DNA from: Octopus bimaculoides
Lineage: Eukaryota
NCBI RefSeq assembly: GCF_001194135.2
Contig: NC_068989.1
Location: 93,748,269 to 93,812,268 of the forward strand
Direction of reading: 5' to 3'
Length of the DNA stretch: 64,000 nucleotides
Shown here: positions 1 to 12,642 of the stretch, piece by piece
How the letters are laid out: each line of letters starts with the position of its first letter
How positions within the stretch are numbered: position 1 is the stretch's first letter
The notes under the pieces: model-generated
What the model was told of the DNA's origin: nothing
Databases searched by the model: none
Seen by the model: only the letters and a program-made list of their open reading frames with translations
Program-made: the position numbers and the translations under genes

Positions 1-338
1 TTCTACAATAGCCTCAGGCTGACCAAATCCTCGTGAATTGTATATGGTAGACAGAAATTGAAAGAAGCCCGTCGTGTGTATATATATATATATATAAGTG
101 TATATATATATATACATATATGTATGTCTGCGTGTATATATGTTTGTCCTCCCAGCATCGCTTGACAACCAATTCTAGTGCGTTTACGTCCCCTAACCTT
201 AGCGGTTCGGCAAGACTGACTGATAGAATAAGTACTGGCCTTACAAAGAAAAAGTATTGGGGTCGATTTGCTCGACTAAAGGCAGTGCTCTAGCATGGCC
301 GCAGTTAAATGACTAAAAAAAGTGAAAGAATAAAAGAA
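1..338 (+). mobile_element. Bipartite tRNA/CORE-type SINE (family A), cut at the 5' end by the window edge
   Basis: Left-half end (...gaaattgaaagaagcccgtcg), an internal (TA)n/(TG)n tract, then the right half (cttgacaacc...gtttacgtccc...gatagaataagtact...ggggtcgatttgctcgactaaaggcagtgctc...gcatggccgcag). The same layout recurs many times in the window. Confidence 0.85.
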
Positions 339-1059
339 TATATATGTATGTGTGTGTGTGTAATGTATATGTACATATATATAATAAATATGGCATATAT
401 ATAATAATATAACATAATATAGTACAATATATATATATATAAACGTAATAGCTAAGTTATAACATTTTATAATTGATATTGTGCCAGAAATATTATCGTG
501 AAACAAGAAATCTCAAAATATGTTCTCATACTTTTGTTAATTCGAGAAACTTATAATTGATTCAAATTATGAAAAGAAAATAATATTTCACCAATAAAAG
601 AACCAACAGAAATTCTAATTTCTCCACCTTTTCTCATACTTGTTAATATTTCATCTAGAAAATTAGCCGAATTGAATTAAACTCGAGAGCTAAATCTGAT
701 GTTCAATTGTTTTGATTAAAGTGAGGAATGACATAACAACACAATGCTTTGCACATTTCCTCAATGTTGAATTAGGTGTCGGTCAGAAAAATATCAAATT
801 TTGTAAACATATTTAGAAGCAAATTAGAGAGAAATATAACTGTTAACGAATTGAAAGAAATGATGCTTGGAAGACTAATCTAATTATTGTTTCTTAATTA
901 GGAATGAAGTTTTTGCTAGTTTGTAATTAGTAAGGAAGGTTTAAGTAATTTTCCTCGGGAAACAGTGCAGTGATTAATGTAAGACGATGTTTCTAGCTTC
1001 AAAAGTTTTGATGCATTATGGGACAAGCAAACAAACAAGTCATAATAATAGTAATCCGT

Positions 1060-1262
1060 TCTATTTTAAGCACAAGACCTGGAATTTTGGAGGAAGGTAT
1101 TACTCTATTACACCAACCCCCAGTATGTCACTGGTACTTATTTTATCGATCTCGAAGTGATGAAAGGCAAAGTCGACCTCTGCTGAATTTGGATTCAGAG
1201 TTGAAAGAAAGACGAAATACCGCTAAGCACTTTGCCCGGCGTGCTAACGATTTTTCTGATAA
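1060..1262 (-). mobile_element. tRNA-type SINE (family B)
   Basis: The reverse complement matches the copy at 43352 (gttagcacgccgggc..aatgcttagcggtatttcgtc...gtcgactttgcctttcatc...gataaaataagtaccag). Confidence 0.8.
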
Positions 1263-1314
1263 ATACTACTATTACTACTAGTAGTAGTAGTAGTAATTAC
1301 GATTCTTTCGAATT

Positions 1315-1500
1315 TTGACACGGGGCAAGCAATTAAAGAGAGCGGTGTCGAGCTCTAAAGTCGATTGCATCGACTTATTTTATTGTCCTTCAAAGGATAA
1401 AAGGCACAGTTGAAGTCGGAGGTGGGGGAAGTTGAACCGAGAAACGGAGGAGAAATGCTGCTAAATATTTTATCTCAAGCGCTATCGATTTTACAAGCAC
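1315..1500 (-). mobile_element. Diverged family B SINE
   Basis: Degenerate match to the family B core (ctgtgccttttatcctttgaagg..aataaaataagtcgatgcaatcgact). Confidence 0.5.
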
Positions 1501-1520
1501 GCGCTTCTAAATTATTATTA

Positions 1521-1535
1521 GTAATAATAATAATC

Positions 1536-1576
<41 letters not shown>

Positions 1577-1764
1577 CATAATAATAATAATATAATGATT
1601 TTGAGATCGGTGCTTGTATGTTAAGTATCATGGAAAGAGACCCAGTAAGATACTTGACAACAGGTTGTTGTCCGTTCTTACAAAATTAGCCGGAGCAAGC
1701 GAAATCGAGAGGTTTGATAAGTGAAATGGAAATAATAATTATAATAATAATATGCATAATAATA

Positions 1765-1799
<35 letters not shown>

Positions 1800-1825
1800 A
1801 ATGATGATGATGATGATGATGATTA
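1521..1825. repeat. (TAA)n and (GAT)n microsatellites
   Basis: Visible tandem repeats at about 1521-1595 and 1760-1825. Confidence 0.95.
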
Positions 1826-4800
1826 TAATTTTAAGATTCGTTAGGTAATATTCATGAGTTATTAGGTCTTATAGGAAAAGGAAATGGAGTAACTTAAATT
1901 AAATGCAGGGTAATTTACGCCGTTGAAATACATTGTTTGCGTAAAAGAATGTAACATAAGACTTTGGTAAGTATTCATAGAAATAAGTAGAGATTTTATT
2001 TTCTATCTTTATAATTAGTTCCATAAATCGAAACATGAGAATATACAAACAGCAGTAATCCTTCAGCTATGAATTGCTACAAGTTTGTGTGAATCTTTAC
2101 AAATAGATACGCAGAGATTAAGAGTGACGATAGTTATGTAATCAGCAGTAATTTTAGGTGTCCTTTTTATTGGATGCAGGGCATCTTGGATTATTTAATC
2201 TACTTGCAACATTGGAATAGATAAGATATCGAATTTTCCTAGCATGGCTCGTGAAATTATATTCTTGTACAGGAACTGCGTATGTAGTATCCTTAAGTAA
2301 GATGTTTAAATTTACTTGCTGGCTGGCTATTATGTATGAAACTACCTAGAAGGAGATGTCTCCATTAACATGTAAATTCGATGGCATCTTAATAGGCTAT
2401 TAAGAAACGAGAATATATTTACGCTATTTGCGCGTGTGTAACTGAAAATATTAATCTGTTACTTCGGTATAAAAATTCCTAATTTCTCTCCGAGAGTAAT
2501 GAATCTGTATGACATTAACGCCAAGTTTCAGAACATTAGTGCTCAAAAGAAAGAGAAATAATTTCCGCTGAAAATATGAGGCTCACCACAGATCATTTCT
2601 TGCTTCACGACATATTTTTATAAAATAACCGGAAGTGAAAGCAAGTCATCTACTTTTACTTTGAAGCATTGATTGAAACAAAGGAACTACGCCAACACGT
2701 GACATACTAGAAATAATGACCAAATTTGTTTCAGGTAATATCCTGCCCACTTAAATGAAGAAAGGATACCTTAGTTAATGTGCTAATGAATAAACTACCA
2801 CCCCAAAAATGAGAAAAAGAAAAGCAAGATCAAAAGGAAAACGAGTTGGGCAGTGTGCAATCCCTCTGATTATAGGAATATCGATCAAGATTACTTTAGG
2901 GATAATCAACCACGAGGCATTCAGAAATTGCGCATGGTGATTAGATGAGCAGGAAACTGAATTATAAAAGGCAAAAATATACATTCTGTGTTCCGCAATA
3001 ATGATATGCGTACCAGACAAAGAATGAATTATTTTATTTCAGAGGTGGGCCTGCCGGGCAACTGATTCGATCTTGAGAACGTGTGTTGAAACTATGACAT
3101 TCAAAAACACATATTCTGTTAACTTCATCACTCAAACATTTATGATTTGCTTGTCAAAGATTTGTCGCACAAGGTGTGACCTGGTCACTGACAACAAGTC
3201 ATAAATGTTTGAGTGAAGTCAACAAATTTTATGTTTATTTTTTTAATGGCTGATATGTGTCTTCTACGCTGTAATGAAAATTTTAGATTTTTTAGAAACA
3301 AGACATGAGCGCTGCCTCGTCTCCAATGAAGGAATAATAATGCAAATGTGTGTGTGATAACCAGAAGACAGTGTACATAGAAATGGTTCAGAGTTCGATA
3401 CACGAACGCGAGGCACTTGGTTTGATATCAAGTACCAGGGAATATTGGGCAAGTGCCTTTTACCAAAGAAAATGAGAGGATAGAAAATGAGTGTAAACTT
3501 ATAGGATAACTTGTAACAGCAATTTATATATTTATCATTGCCGTGTATTATGTCACACTAAAATGGTCTGAAAATTAAATTAAGATTAGTCTTGTCATTG
3601 GTTACAGAGTTACATGTTAATTTAATGAATCGAATGATCAACTGGTTGATTTGGGCAATTGACTACTCATCGTCGAAACGGACTTCCTAACCATCATCAT
3701 CTGTCTTTAATAAAACTTGCCTATCATTGAAACATCATCAAGCATTCCGTTCCATAGTCTTAGGTGTATCTACATATTTTAAAATCATTTTGTTACGCGA
3801 GTAAATAATATCTCTGACACGTTTTAAGTCAACGATATCGATGAGAGTGAGAGAAGAAAGTAGCCCCAAAGCGGAAGAGTCGCTACAAGGCTTGCAACAG
3901 AGGCGACTCTGATTAAAGGCATCTAAGGTACCAGATGGTGGTGTTTAACGGGGCAGCACATTAAGTCTATTAACCAACTGTGGCAAGATTAAAACGCAAA
4001 GCACAAAGAGTCGGATTAAGTTTTGTAAAGTGGCAGCAAACTCGACATTCTTGCAGTTTCGTCAGTCTAACACCCTAGGTTGATACTTGTTTGTCAGCGC
4101 TGGAAAGACAAGAAACAATTTCGACTATCGTGAAATCTGAATTCAGGGCGTAGAGAATCGGAAAATTAGAATGGTGAATTTTATTAAACACTTTAAAAAT
4201 CTTTCAGTTTGCAGTTATATAACACCCTTCTATAATAGTGAGTCTGGAGAAATATTAAGTTTCTTCATAGAAGTTTTACCTCAGCCCGGCAGTGATGGGA
4301 TTAATGTTTGACTTAGGGTTGAAGGCCCTGGTTTAGTGTCAGGGTTTAGGGCTAAAGTTTAAGGTTAAAGTTTAAGACTTAGCGTTGAGTTTATATTTGA
4401 GTTAGGATTACAAAACTACGATCGTTTGGCTGTTAGTTAGTCATTCTAGGAAACCAACCATTTGTAACTTGTTGAAAATATAGTAACAAACTAAGAAAGG
4501 AAGAAGTAACCCGATGGTAGTGTCGTTTTAAGGTAAAATTTGGGTAAGAGTGGCAGGTTTTCTGGCATGAAAGAGAGAACAAAACCCTGTCTCATAGCTC
4601 GCTGCATCACAGGGCTGCGCAATGTTGTAACGACTTATAACCTAACTGAAGATGGATTCTGAATATTTAAGACAAAGATGACTTCATGACGTAAAATACA
4701 CGTAAGGACCCTTGTAATTATTGTGTATTTTGTGACGGAGTAAATCTGTCCAGAGTGCAACCGATAAGAGAAACCTTTTGGTGGGCTTCTGAACACATGG

Positions 4801-6347
4801 CCACGTGGTTGTGAATCCAGTTTCGTAACCATTTAATTTTTCGACCAACTGATATTTGGCATGATATTATAGAATACAATGATGCAGGCAATATGGCAAT
4901 TCTCTTCCTCTACCTTGAGAGAATTTGAGATCAACAAGGCGAAGCATTAAATGGGTTATATCTTTCCAGTTAGTTTATTAAATTAAACTAACTCGATTTC
5001 TAGGTATCTTCTTTTCCATTTTCTTGCCAAATGTACAAAATTCTGATGTTGGTTGGTTGTGTTTTTTTTGCTGTCGTTTTTGCTGGTTTTGTTGCTGTTG
5101 TTTTGTGTTTGCTCTACGCTCGACGAGTGAATCTATGCTGAAATATGTCCCTGTTATGGCCATCCCTTCCTATATAGGTTTATAACCGATATGTCTTTTC
5201 AAAAAACAAGTAGGACATAATTTAAGGCAGATTTCTCTAATATTAGTAACATACGGAGTAACTTTGAAGATTCTCCTTCGTTGGTTCCTCTTTTCTAGAG
5301 GGTTTAATGCTCTGCTGAAGAATCAATGCACCACATGTAACAAGTCAAGTGACCAAGAGTCTTCAGTGATGAAATGATTTTCGTTTTCACTGGATTATTC
5401 CAGCGGCTAATTTATATCAAATGTTATATCCATTGAATGTAACAGACTTTAACAGAGATTGATAAATGGAGCTTATGATGTTTGTTTGCTTGTATGGTTC
5501 TTAATGTTGGCTTGGTTGTCAATTGAACTGTGTTTGTTGTGGTGTTTGCAATATCGCAGCTGCCTTTGAAGGTGGTAGTAGTGGTGGTGGTTAATGGGAC
5601 AGCGTTGATATCTTACTCTCTTGCAGTTTCTAACCTTAAAATCTCCCAGCTTTTTGTGGGGGCAGATTTTATTTGTCCTTTTCCTCTTTTCCCACCTTCT
5701 TTCAATCTAATTTTCCATTTCTCACATTATCGTCTTCATTGCAGAACATATCTGAATAATATGAAGAGGAGAAGCATATGTCTTGTAATGTTGTTTTGAA
5801 GTTGATGGAATTGTGTTCCTGGTAATGTTGATGTTCCTTTTGATGTTTTTGTTAGAATTGAGTGTTCTGTCGCTGTTTTGGTTGGCGATGCTGTTTCTGT
5901 TGCCACTATCCTTGTCTTCACGGCTGTTACAGATTTTACTGTAACATATGTTTTATTATTGTTGCTGTAGTTGTGGCTGCATTCTAATGTTGCTTTTGTT
6001 TTTCAGATTTTGCATTGAGAGCACTGGAAAGTGATGCTTCTCTAATTTTCCCTCTGTTGAGGTTAGCAAGCCTTTGGTTGGTTGGTTGGTAACCTACGTA
6101 TGTCACATCATACCGTTAGTCTTTCTACCGTTACATACAATGTGATTTCATTCAGCAAATCAGTGTGATGTGGGATGGCACCAATTCTCTCGGGATCTGT
6201 TTCGATTAGAATCGCCATTTCTGTCTCCGACTAATTCTCGATGAATGGATTTCGCTCATCTGACAATATAGTTATCCCGAAACAGCAGTTGTTTATTTTT
6301 GATGACCCTTCTACTTATATTACTTTGGCCAAGTCGTGAGTTTATAA

Positions 6348-6351
6348 TAAC

Positions 6352-6404
<53 letters not shown>

Positions 6405-6410
6405 TGATGT

Positions 6411-6449
<39 letters not shown>

Positions 6450-6490
6450 CGATGATAATAATAATAATAATAATAAAAATAATAATAGTA
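6348..6490. repeat. Compound (TAA)n/(TGA)n microsatellite
   Basis: Visible tandem repeat. It explains the poly-I/M/H/Y/S ORFs listed here. Confidence 0.95.
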
Positions 6491-6491
6491 A

Positions 6492-6870
6492 TTTGATTCC
6501 AGGATCGTAAAGAAAGAAGTCGAAAAACAAAACAAAAAATACAATCCCTTAAAATCAGAAATGGGAAGAATTCGGAGCATGAGAAAAATAAGGGTCGAGC
6601 TTATAAATAATTGGTGCGTTGAAAATAGGGAGCCAAAATGTAGACAAATTGCTGAAGGAGATTGGTATAAAATGCCCAGTAGAGCTCCTGCAGAAAGTTT
6701 GTCTCTTACGGTCAGCAAGGATTATCAGGAGGGTTCTAAGTACTTGAAAAGACAGCTGAAAAATTGTGGGTAACTAAGGTTACAGGTAGTAACCAGCTAC
6801 CCACATAAATTCTAGCAGGAATAAGACCGAACCTGAGCCAAGCCAAAATAATGAAAGAATTAACAACAAC
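6492..6870 (+). mobile_element. R4/Dong-type non-LTR retrotransposon, 3' remnant (restriction-like endonuclease C-terminus plus 3'UTR)
   Basis: Frameshifted translation ...KYNPLKSEMGRI..MRKIRV../IIIGAL..LLKEIGIKCPVELLQKVCLLRSARIIRRVLST* (stop 6745-6747). This matches the R4-clade C-terminal pattern P(I/V)xIGALG...LQKxxLLGTARIxRxVL. It begins right after a (TAA)n tract. Confidence 0.8.
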
Positions 6871-7654
6871 CACAATGATTTACAAACTAAGGCGCAAAAC
6901 TCTTAATTCGGAAGAAATAGAGCTAGTCCATTCTATCAACCCTGCGGAGATGAATTTAACTCCTTAGGATTTTGAACTTGGTATATGAAGAATCGGAACA
7001 AATGTCAGAAGGTATTTTTCCGAAGCACTACACAGTTTGGCAGCAATAATATATTATTTTTCGAGATAAATTTAATGAAGAGGCTGTGAATAAGTAAAGT
7101 ATGGAGATGCATTTATGCTGACGGTCCATAGAACATCGCGCAGTAAATTATCAATAATATATACACATGTATGTATGTATGTATGTATGTATGTATGTAT
7201 GTACGTATGTATTTATGTATGATTGTATATTTGCCGATAGATTTGCCGAATACACGTACAAAGATACTTCGGCAATAATTTATGTAGTCAATGTTAGGCT
7301 GTGAGAAAACATTAGCAAACCGGTGTAGTGCGCAGATATATTACACTCTGGATATAAATGAAGAAATCAATTAAATTTACACATTGAGCAACAGATGACA
7401 TTCTAGGTGAAGTGTCAGGAATATTGTGTATTGGAATTACATATAGAAGGAAGCCTTTTGAATTAGAAGCAATTTTATGTGATATGCATATATCATTTAG
7501 ACATTACTATTCAAGATAATTATGCGATGTTGTATCGATGGCAAATGCAGAATTTGTCTTGATCAATAAGCACTACACTTGCACAAGAAATGTTATTGTT
7601 AATATCATTATTTATCCTAACTTCTAATACCAACATCTATGAAGGTACACTGAA

Positions 7655-7742
7655 TTATTATTATTATCATCGTCATCATCATCATCATCATCATCGTCGT
7701 CATCATCATCATCATTATCATCATCATCATCATCATCATCAT
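7655..7742. repeat. (TAT)/(CAT)n microsatellite
   Basis: Visible tandem repeat. Confidence 0.95.
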
Positions 7743-7747
7743 ATAAA

Positions 7748-7925
7748 GCAGCGAGCTGGCAGTATCGTCAGCAAGCCAGGGAAAATGCTTAGCGGCATTT
7801 CCTTCGACTTTGCCTTTCATCTTTTCGGAGTCGATAAATTAAGTACTAGTGAAACACCGAGGTCGATGTAATGGACTAGTCCCTCCGCACCAAACTTCAG
7901 GCTTTGTGCCCTTAATAGGAAGGAT
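7748..7925 (+). mobile_element. Family B SINE with an internal deletion
   Basis: gcagcgagctggcagtatcgtcagcaagccagggaaaatgcttagcggcatttc|cgactttgcctttcatcttttcggagtcgataaattaagtact...aaggattattatt. Confidence 0.85.
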
Positions 7926-8316
7926 TATTATTATCACTATTCAGTAGTTTTATTTTTATAACGTGCTTTCACTTCACTACCGAGCGCAGCTCTGTGCGCC
8001 TTGGATATGTGCTGTGGTTTGCTGTGGTGCTCTTATGGTTACTGTATTGAAAGTGTTTTACATAGGATGTGTGCAGTACCCAGTAGTGCAATTTTCTGTA
8101 TGTTATATATATTTGTAAGTCCTGGGGTTTTTGTTATGTATTTGTCTGAATATTTTTTTATTATGCCTAAGGCACCTACTATGATAGGAATTGTTTCTGT
8201 TTTTAGATTCCACATTCGTGTTACCTCTATTTCCAGGTCTTTTTATTTTGAAAGTTTCTCCATTTTTTTTCAGAGAAACATTGTCATCTGCTGGAATTGA
8301 TACATCAATTAGAAAG

Positions 8317-8320
<4 letters not shown>
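7924..8320 (-). mobile_element. R4/Dong-type LINE, 5'-truncated 3' end flanked by (TAA)n
   Basis: Minus-strand translation CFLIDVSIPADDNV..KMEKLSK*KDLEIEVTRMWNLKTETIPIIVGALGIIKKYSDKYITKTPGLTNIYNIQKIALLGTAHILCKTLSIQ* (stop 8039-8041), then a 3'UTR and a TAA tail. The listed + ORF 8001-8300 is its antisense. Confidence 0.9.
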
Positions 8321-8374
<54 letters not shown>

Positions 8375-8376
<2 letters not shown>

Positions 8377-8545
8377 AGGTGGGGTGTTGGCTGATAAAAT
8401 GCCGGATAAAATGCTGAGTGGTATTTCGTCCGTCTTTACTCTTTGTATTTATAGTCTGCCGAGGTTGATTTTGCCTTTCATCTTATCGGGGTCAATAAAA
8501 TAAATATATCCAAGTCCTGGGGTTGGTCTAATCGACTCTCCCACT
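8375..8545 (+). mobile_element. Family B SINE (diverged)
   Basis: aaaatgctgagtggtatttcgtccgtc...gccgaggttgattttgcctttcatc..cggggtcaataaaataa. Confidence 0.75.
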
Positions 8546-8637
8546 CAATAAATAAATAAATAAATGAAAAGATAAATACACAAAACTGGTCCTGTGCTAA
8601 ATGTTGACGCCGTTATTATCATTATTGTTATCATTAT

Positions 8638-8860
8638 GTAAGGTGAGGAGCTTGCAGATTTGTTAGCATGCCGATGAAAATGCTTAACAGCATTTCGTCC
8701 ATCTTAACAATTTTAGTTCCAGTTTCACTGAGGTCGGCTTTGCCTTTTATCCTTCCGGGGTCAATAAAATAACTACCAGTAGGGTACTGAGGTCGATGTA
8801 ATCGACCAGCTTCCTTCCGCGAAATTGTCGACTTTGTGCCAAACATTGAAGTAATTGTGT
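8638..8860 (+). mobile_element. Family B SINE
   Basis: aaggtgaggagcttgcagatttgttagcatgccg..aaaatgcttaacagcatttcgtcc...gaggtcggctttgccttttatccttccggggtcaataaaataactaccag. Confidence 0.8.
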
Positions 8861-9129
8861 TTATTGCATCTATTCTTCTTCTCTGTGTAACATGTTCCCA
8901 TATTAAGATATATTATTTTGTATTCTCGAGGAAAACTGACATAGTCAGTCACAATAGCCATAAAAATAATCTAACGTTTCTATTTCAACATTTGTATTAT
9001 TAATGATGTAGCCTTATTTCACTGAACACGGTTATGTTTTGATTCGTAGAAAGTAACTGGATCAATAATAGTGCGAGAAGTAGATTTATTTTAACGTTAT
9101 ATATTTTTAATATACACTCTCTTTATACA

Positions 9130-9520
9130 TTTCTTTGTCTCGTAATCCAAGATCTATTTCTAAATTTGTCAGGTGCTCCGACAAATTTAACCTACCATTG
9201 TCTCTTGTGCCCGAGGCCTTTTTATTTCACGGCTAATTAGTTGTTTACCTCTCCTCATCGTCAAGCTCAGACATTTTTAATGACATATTTTCCATGCGAG
9301 TACGGACAGTATGGTTGAATGTATAGAGTTGTGTATCATCCGTAAATAAGAGATGACTGAACTCCAGATCATTCTTTTTCAAGTTAATAACCTCGTTCTT
9401 ATATTATTTAGAGTCGTTGCAAATAGTTTCTATGGAATATTTAAACGATGCAAGGAAAAGAATGTCTTCTACATATTCTTATTTCAAATGCGTCAAAATC
9501 ATTGTTGCTATCTGGATAAC
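9130..9520 (-). mobile_element. Highly degraded non-LTR reverse transcriptase fragment (R4-like)
   Basis: Minus-strand SHLLFTDDTQLY (about 9323-9358) resembles the R4/R2-type RT motif SHLL(Y/F)MDDLKLY. The surrounding frames are broken by stops. Confidence 0.55.
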
Positions 9521-9940
9521 ATTGATTACTGAAATAGTTTTCTACATTTGGTGAAGAGTCCGGCCTAAATTATCATATATTTTCTCTTCCTCACTGCGAC
9601 TGGTTAGTCTGGTTTATGGTCCCAGCAGACGAAATGGAAAAGGCCTTACCCCGGAGGATGGTGGGCAGATGCGCTAGAACTGCAACTTTGAATCATGGGG
9701 TTCACACTTTCAGATAATCATCTCAGCCCAGATATTGGTGAGCAGGGGTGTAGTCTCGGGGGTGGGACTAAAATGGGAATGGGAAAATTGGCCACGGCTG
9801 TTAAGGTGCTGAATATTCAGTGCCGTTCACTGGACTTTGAAACTATCTCTGAGACAAAACGTTTTGGCATTAGACGCAAACACACACAATTATACACATA
9901 CACACAAAAGCGCGCACATACAGAAATGTATACATACACT

Positions 9941-9942
<2 letters not shown>

Positions 9943-9987
<45 letters not shown>

Positions 9988-9997
9988 NNNNNNNNNN

Positions 9998-10045
<48 letters not shown>
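9943..10045. repeat. (TA)n - N gap - (GA)n
   Basis: Visible repeats around the 10-N gap at 9988-9997. Confidence 0.95.
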
Positions 10046-10047
<2 letters not shown>

Positions 10048-10429
10048 ACGAAAGGAAGTTAAAACGTCTGATGTTAAATAAGACAGCGTCGAATCAGCGA
10101 CACGAAATAAGCGGCACCAAAACGGCTGGGCCAAAATGTCTGTTGCCTTTTAAAAATCGGATACTAGGCACTGAATATAGCAAGAAAATTGATTATGAAA
10201 TTGAATAAATATCTTTGAATATACTACCGAATTGGGATATAGCATTCATATACTGAACGAATGATTAGTGCATAGATGTACCGGATACATAGAAACAGAG
10301 CGTGACCTACAGACGGATACACAACTATGATGGAGGCATAACTACTCACACGCCTACACTTTTCTCTACACACCGACATTTGTGCTACCACAGTGCAACT
10401 TGGTAAATTTACGTTACAAAACGTTGTTC

Positions 10430-10976
10430 TGTATTCATTTTTCATTTTCAACTTCAGTCTTTATTACGCAGTATTACCAGTTTCCGAATCTAAGCTAACA
10501 TCAGTTGCTCAGATACTGGAAATTTCTACTAAAAGGTGTGGCAGTCTTTCGCAGTAGGAATCAAATTCCACTTCCGCCGCTGATACGAATTTTGCCCCTG
10601 AGAGTTGGATTATATTTACATGGAATCGTTTCGCAATGGAACTGTTGTGGCCCACCAAAGTCGGACTTGCGTCGTTGTTTCCATTGAAACCAATCAAAAG
10701 TGTTTCATTCTTTCGTAATAATAACATTGACCTGAGATCTGACAGGTCAACCTTCTTCTTTCGCGTGGAAGAAAGACTGTGTGCCATTTTATGATATACT
10801 CAAAACCTTAGAAAGTTACTATTTATAAATCTCACAAAGACAGATATTCAGCAACAGTACTTTGTAGTAAAGATTATTTGCCAACATAACATGGCAGTCC
10901 TGGTTTAGGGCGAATGTTGTTGTAATTTAGCCTCTGAAGACATCATCTCCAGCTGACTGTACGACACAATCCTTGT

Positions 10977-11016
<40 letters not shown>

Positions 11017-12072
11017 GGACAAGGGAATCTAGTACACAGATCGTGTCGTATAGCCAGCTGGAGACGATGTCTCCTGGGGATAAATTACAGCAACATTAGT
11101 TCTAAACCAGGACTGCCATGTTATGCAGGCAAATAATCTTTACTCAAAACCTGTTCTACTCTATTTTTGCTATTTCTTTTTGAATCTGATCTACTCTAAT
11201 ATTTTGCTTGAATGCTCCACACCACGGGTTGTTGAAGATTGTACCGTTCATTTACCATCACAGTAATTCTCTTATCCGACCATCCTACTTTCTGCTCGCC
11301 GGTAACGATGTATTAAGATTCCCATATGAAGGTCTCTTTCAATGAACAAACAAATCACAAATGTGTATTTTGTGTCGTCTCCCACTTGGCTTCTGCATAA
11401 CCTACGTCTACATTGTTATGACAAATTTCCTACCAAGTTAGTATCAAGAGGACAGGATGCATTTTTCCCACGTTGACACTGCCGTAGTCAGAAGATCCAG
11501 CAGGTTCTTGTCAGCATGTCTGAGAAAGCGTGCAAGATATTTTCTCACCTGTTCCCTTATCAGCTGACTCCATCCACATCCGAGCATGTGTTACAAATGC
11601 TATCCCAGTCATTCATTAACAATAAAGAGCAAGACATATGATTGAAAGAGACTATGTGCATCAAGAAATCCGGACACTTTTCTAACAAAAGCAAATTGTT
11701 ATTAAACTTCGTGAAGCGTATTTTTATGCTGTAATCACCCTCTCTATAACTTTCAAACTATCTTCGACTGATTCTCTCTGTTAGGCCATCCTTCCCATAA
11801 ACGCCATTGATATTTCGGATTGCTTTTGTTGCATTATGCACTTTGTTGAACTCATAAAGGATGATATTTCTTAAAGGCTCCATAGACACGTCCATGTTTA
11901 GAAGCTTCAAAGCAATACGAATTGGTTAATAAATAATTGAACAACAAAATTACTGTTGACACCAACACAACCTCATGGTAACATGTCCTGTTGCCTTTCA
12001 CGTATTTTAACATCACAAAAGTATCTCACTTATACATGTCAGATTTCGGACATTACTTATCGAATGACCTGA
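10430..12072 (-). mobile_element. Decayed near-full-length mariner DNA transposon interrupted by a MITE
   Basis: Minus strand from ATG at 11895: MDVSMEPLRNIILYEFNKVHNATKAIRNINGVYGKDGLTERISRR*FESYREGDYS, a mariner N-terminal HTH region. YIVTGEQKVGWSD at about 11270-11310 resembles RIVTGDEKW. SPTLV...LSGAKF at about 10580-10670 resembles SPDLAP...LxGKKF. A TIR-like sequence (tcaggtcattcgataagtaatgtccg on minus) lies at about 12047-12072; no clear left TIR. Confidence 0.8.
10870..11140. mobile_element. Fold-back MITE-like element with a central (TA)n
   Basis: The left arm aagattatttgccaacataacatggcagtcctggtttagggcgaatgttgttgtaattta... is the imperfect reverse complement of the right arm ...taaattacagcaacattagttctaaaccaggactgccatgttatgcaggcaaataatctt. 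TA lies on both sides (10868-69 and 11141-42). Confidence 0.8.
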
Positions 12073-12567
12073 TGTTTGTATAATAAATTCTTTCTTTTAT
12101 CGCGGTGCTGTTGTTATTGAAGACGTTCTGTTCCTATTGTTGCCGTCGTCACTGCTGCTGGACACGATATTATTAACGGCATTTCAGTTTGGGATATTGT
12201 AGTTCCTAATACTGTCCTTCTCTGCAGTGTTCCCGTTTTTAGTTGTAATGGTGAATGTAAGAATCATTATCGCCGCTTTCAAACGCTTCTATTTCTCCTC
12301 TCGTGTAGCCTGATTCACAACGACACTGCGATGCCTGACGCTATACAAGATCATGGGGGATGAGAAACAAGATATTTGGAAATATAACCCTACAAAGGGG
12401 TGGGGTAACAAACTTATCATTAAGTATCATGGTTTGTTTCGTAACAAAATACAAGAAAATAGCAACGATAACTTTCTAAAAGGTCAAACGAATAATACTT
12501 GTTACCAAACTTGTCGAGCAAACTGAAACAAATCTAGACATGTCAGCACTTAATAAAACCACAGCAG

Positions 12568-12568
12568 C

Positions 12569-12642
<74 letters not shown>

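Noticed and set aside
2775-3020. 81-aa minus ORF with a hydrophobic C-terminus
   Set aside because: It has a non-ATG start, no recognisable family and no convincing exon structure, so it is consistent with chance in T-rich DNA.
8001-8300. 99-aa plus-strand hydrophobic ORF
   Set aside because: It is the antisense of the R4/Dong C-terminus.
12350-12560. Possible R4-type zinc-knuckle-region remnant (W..K..HG.F...CxxxCR)
   Set aside because: The similarity is too weak to call without an alignment.
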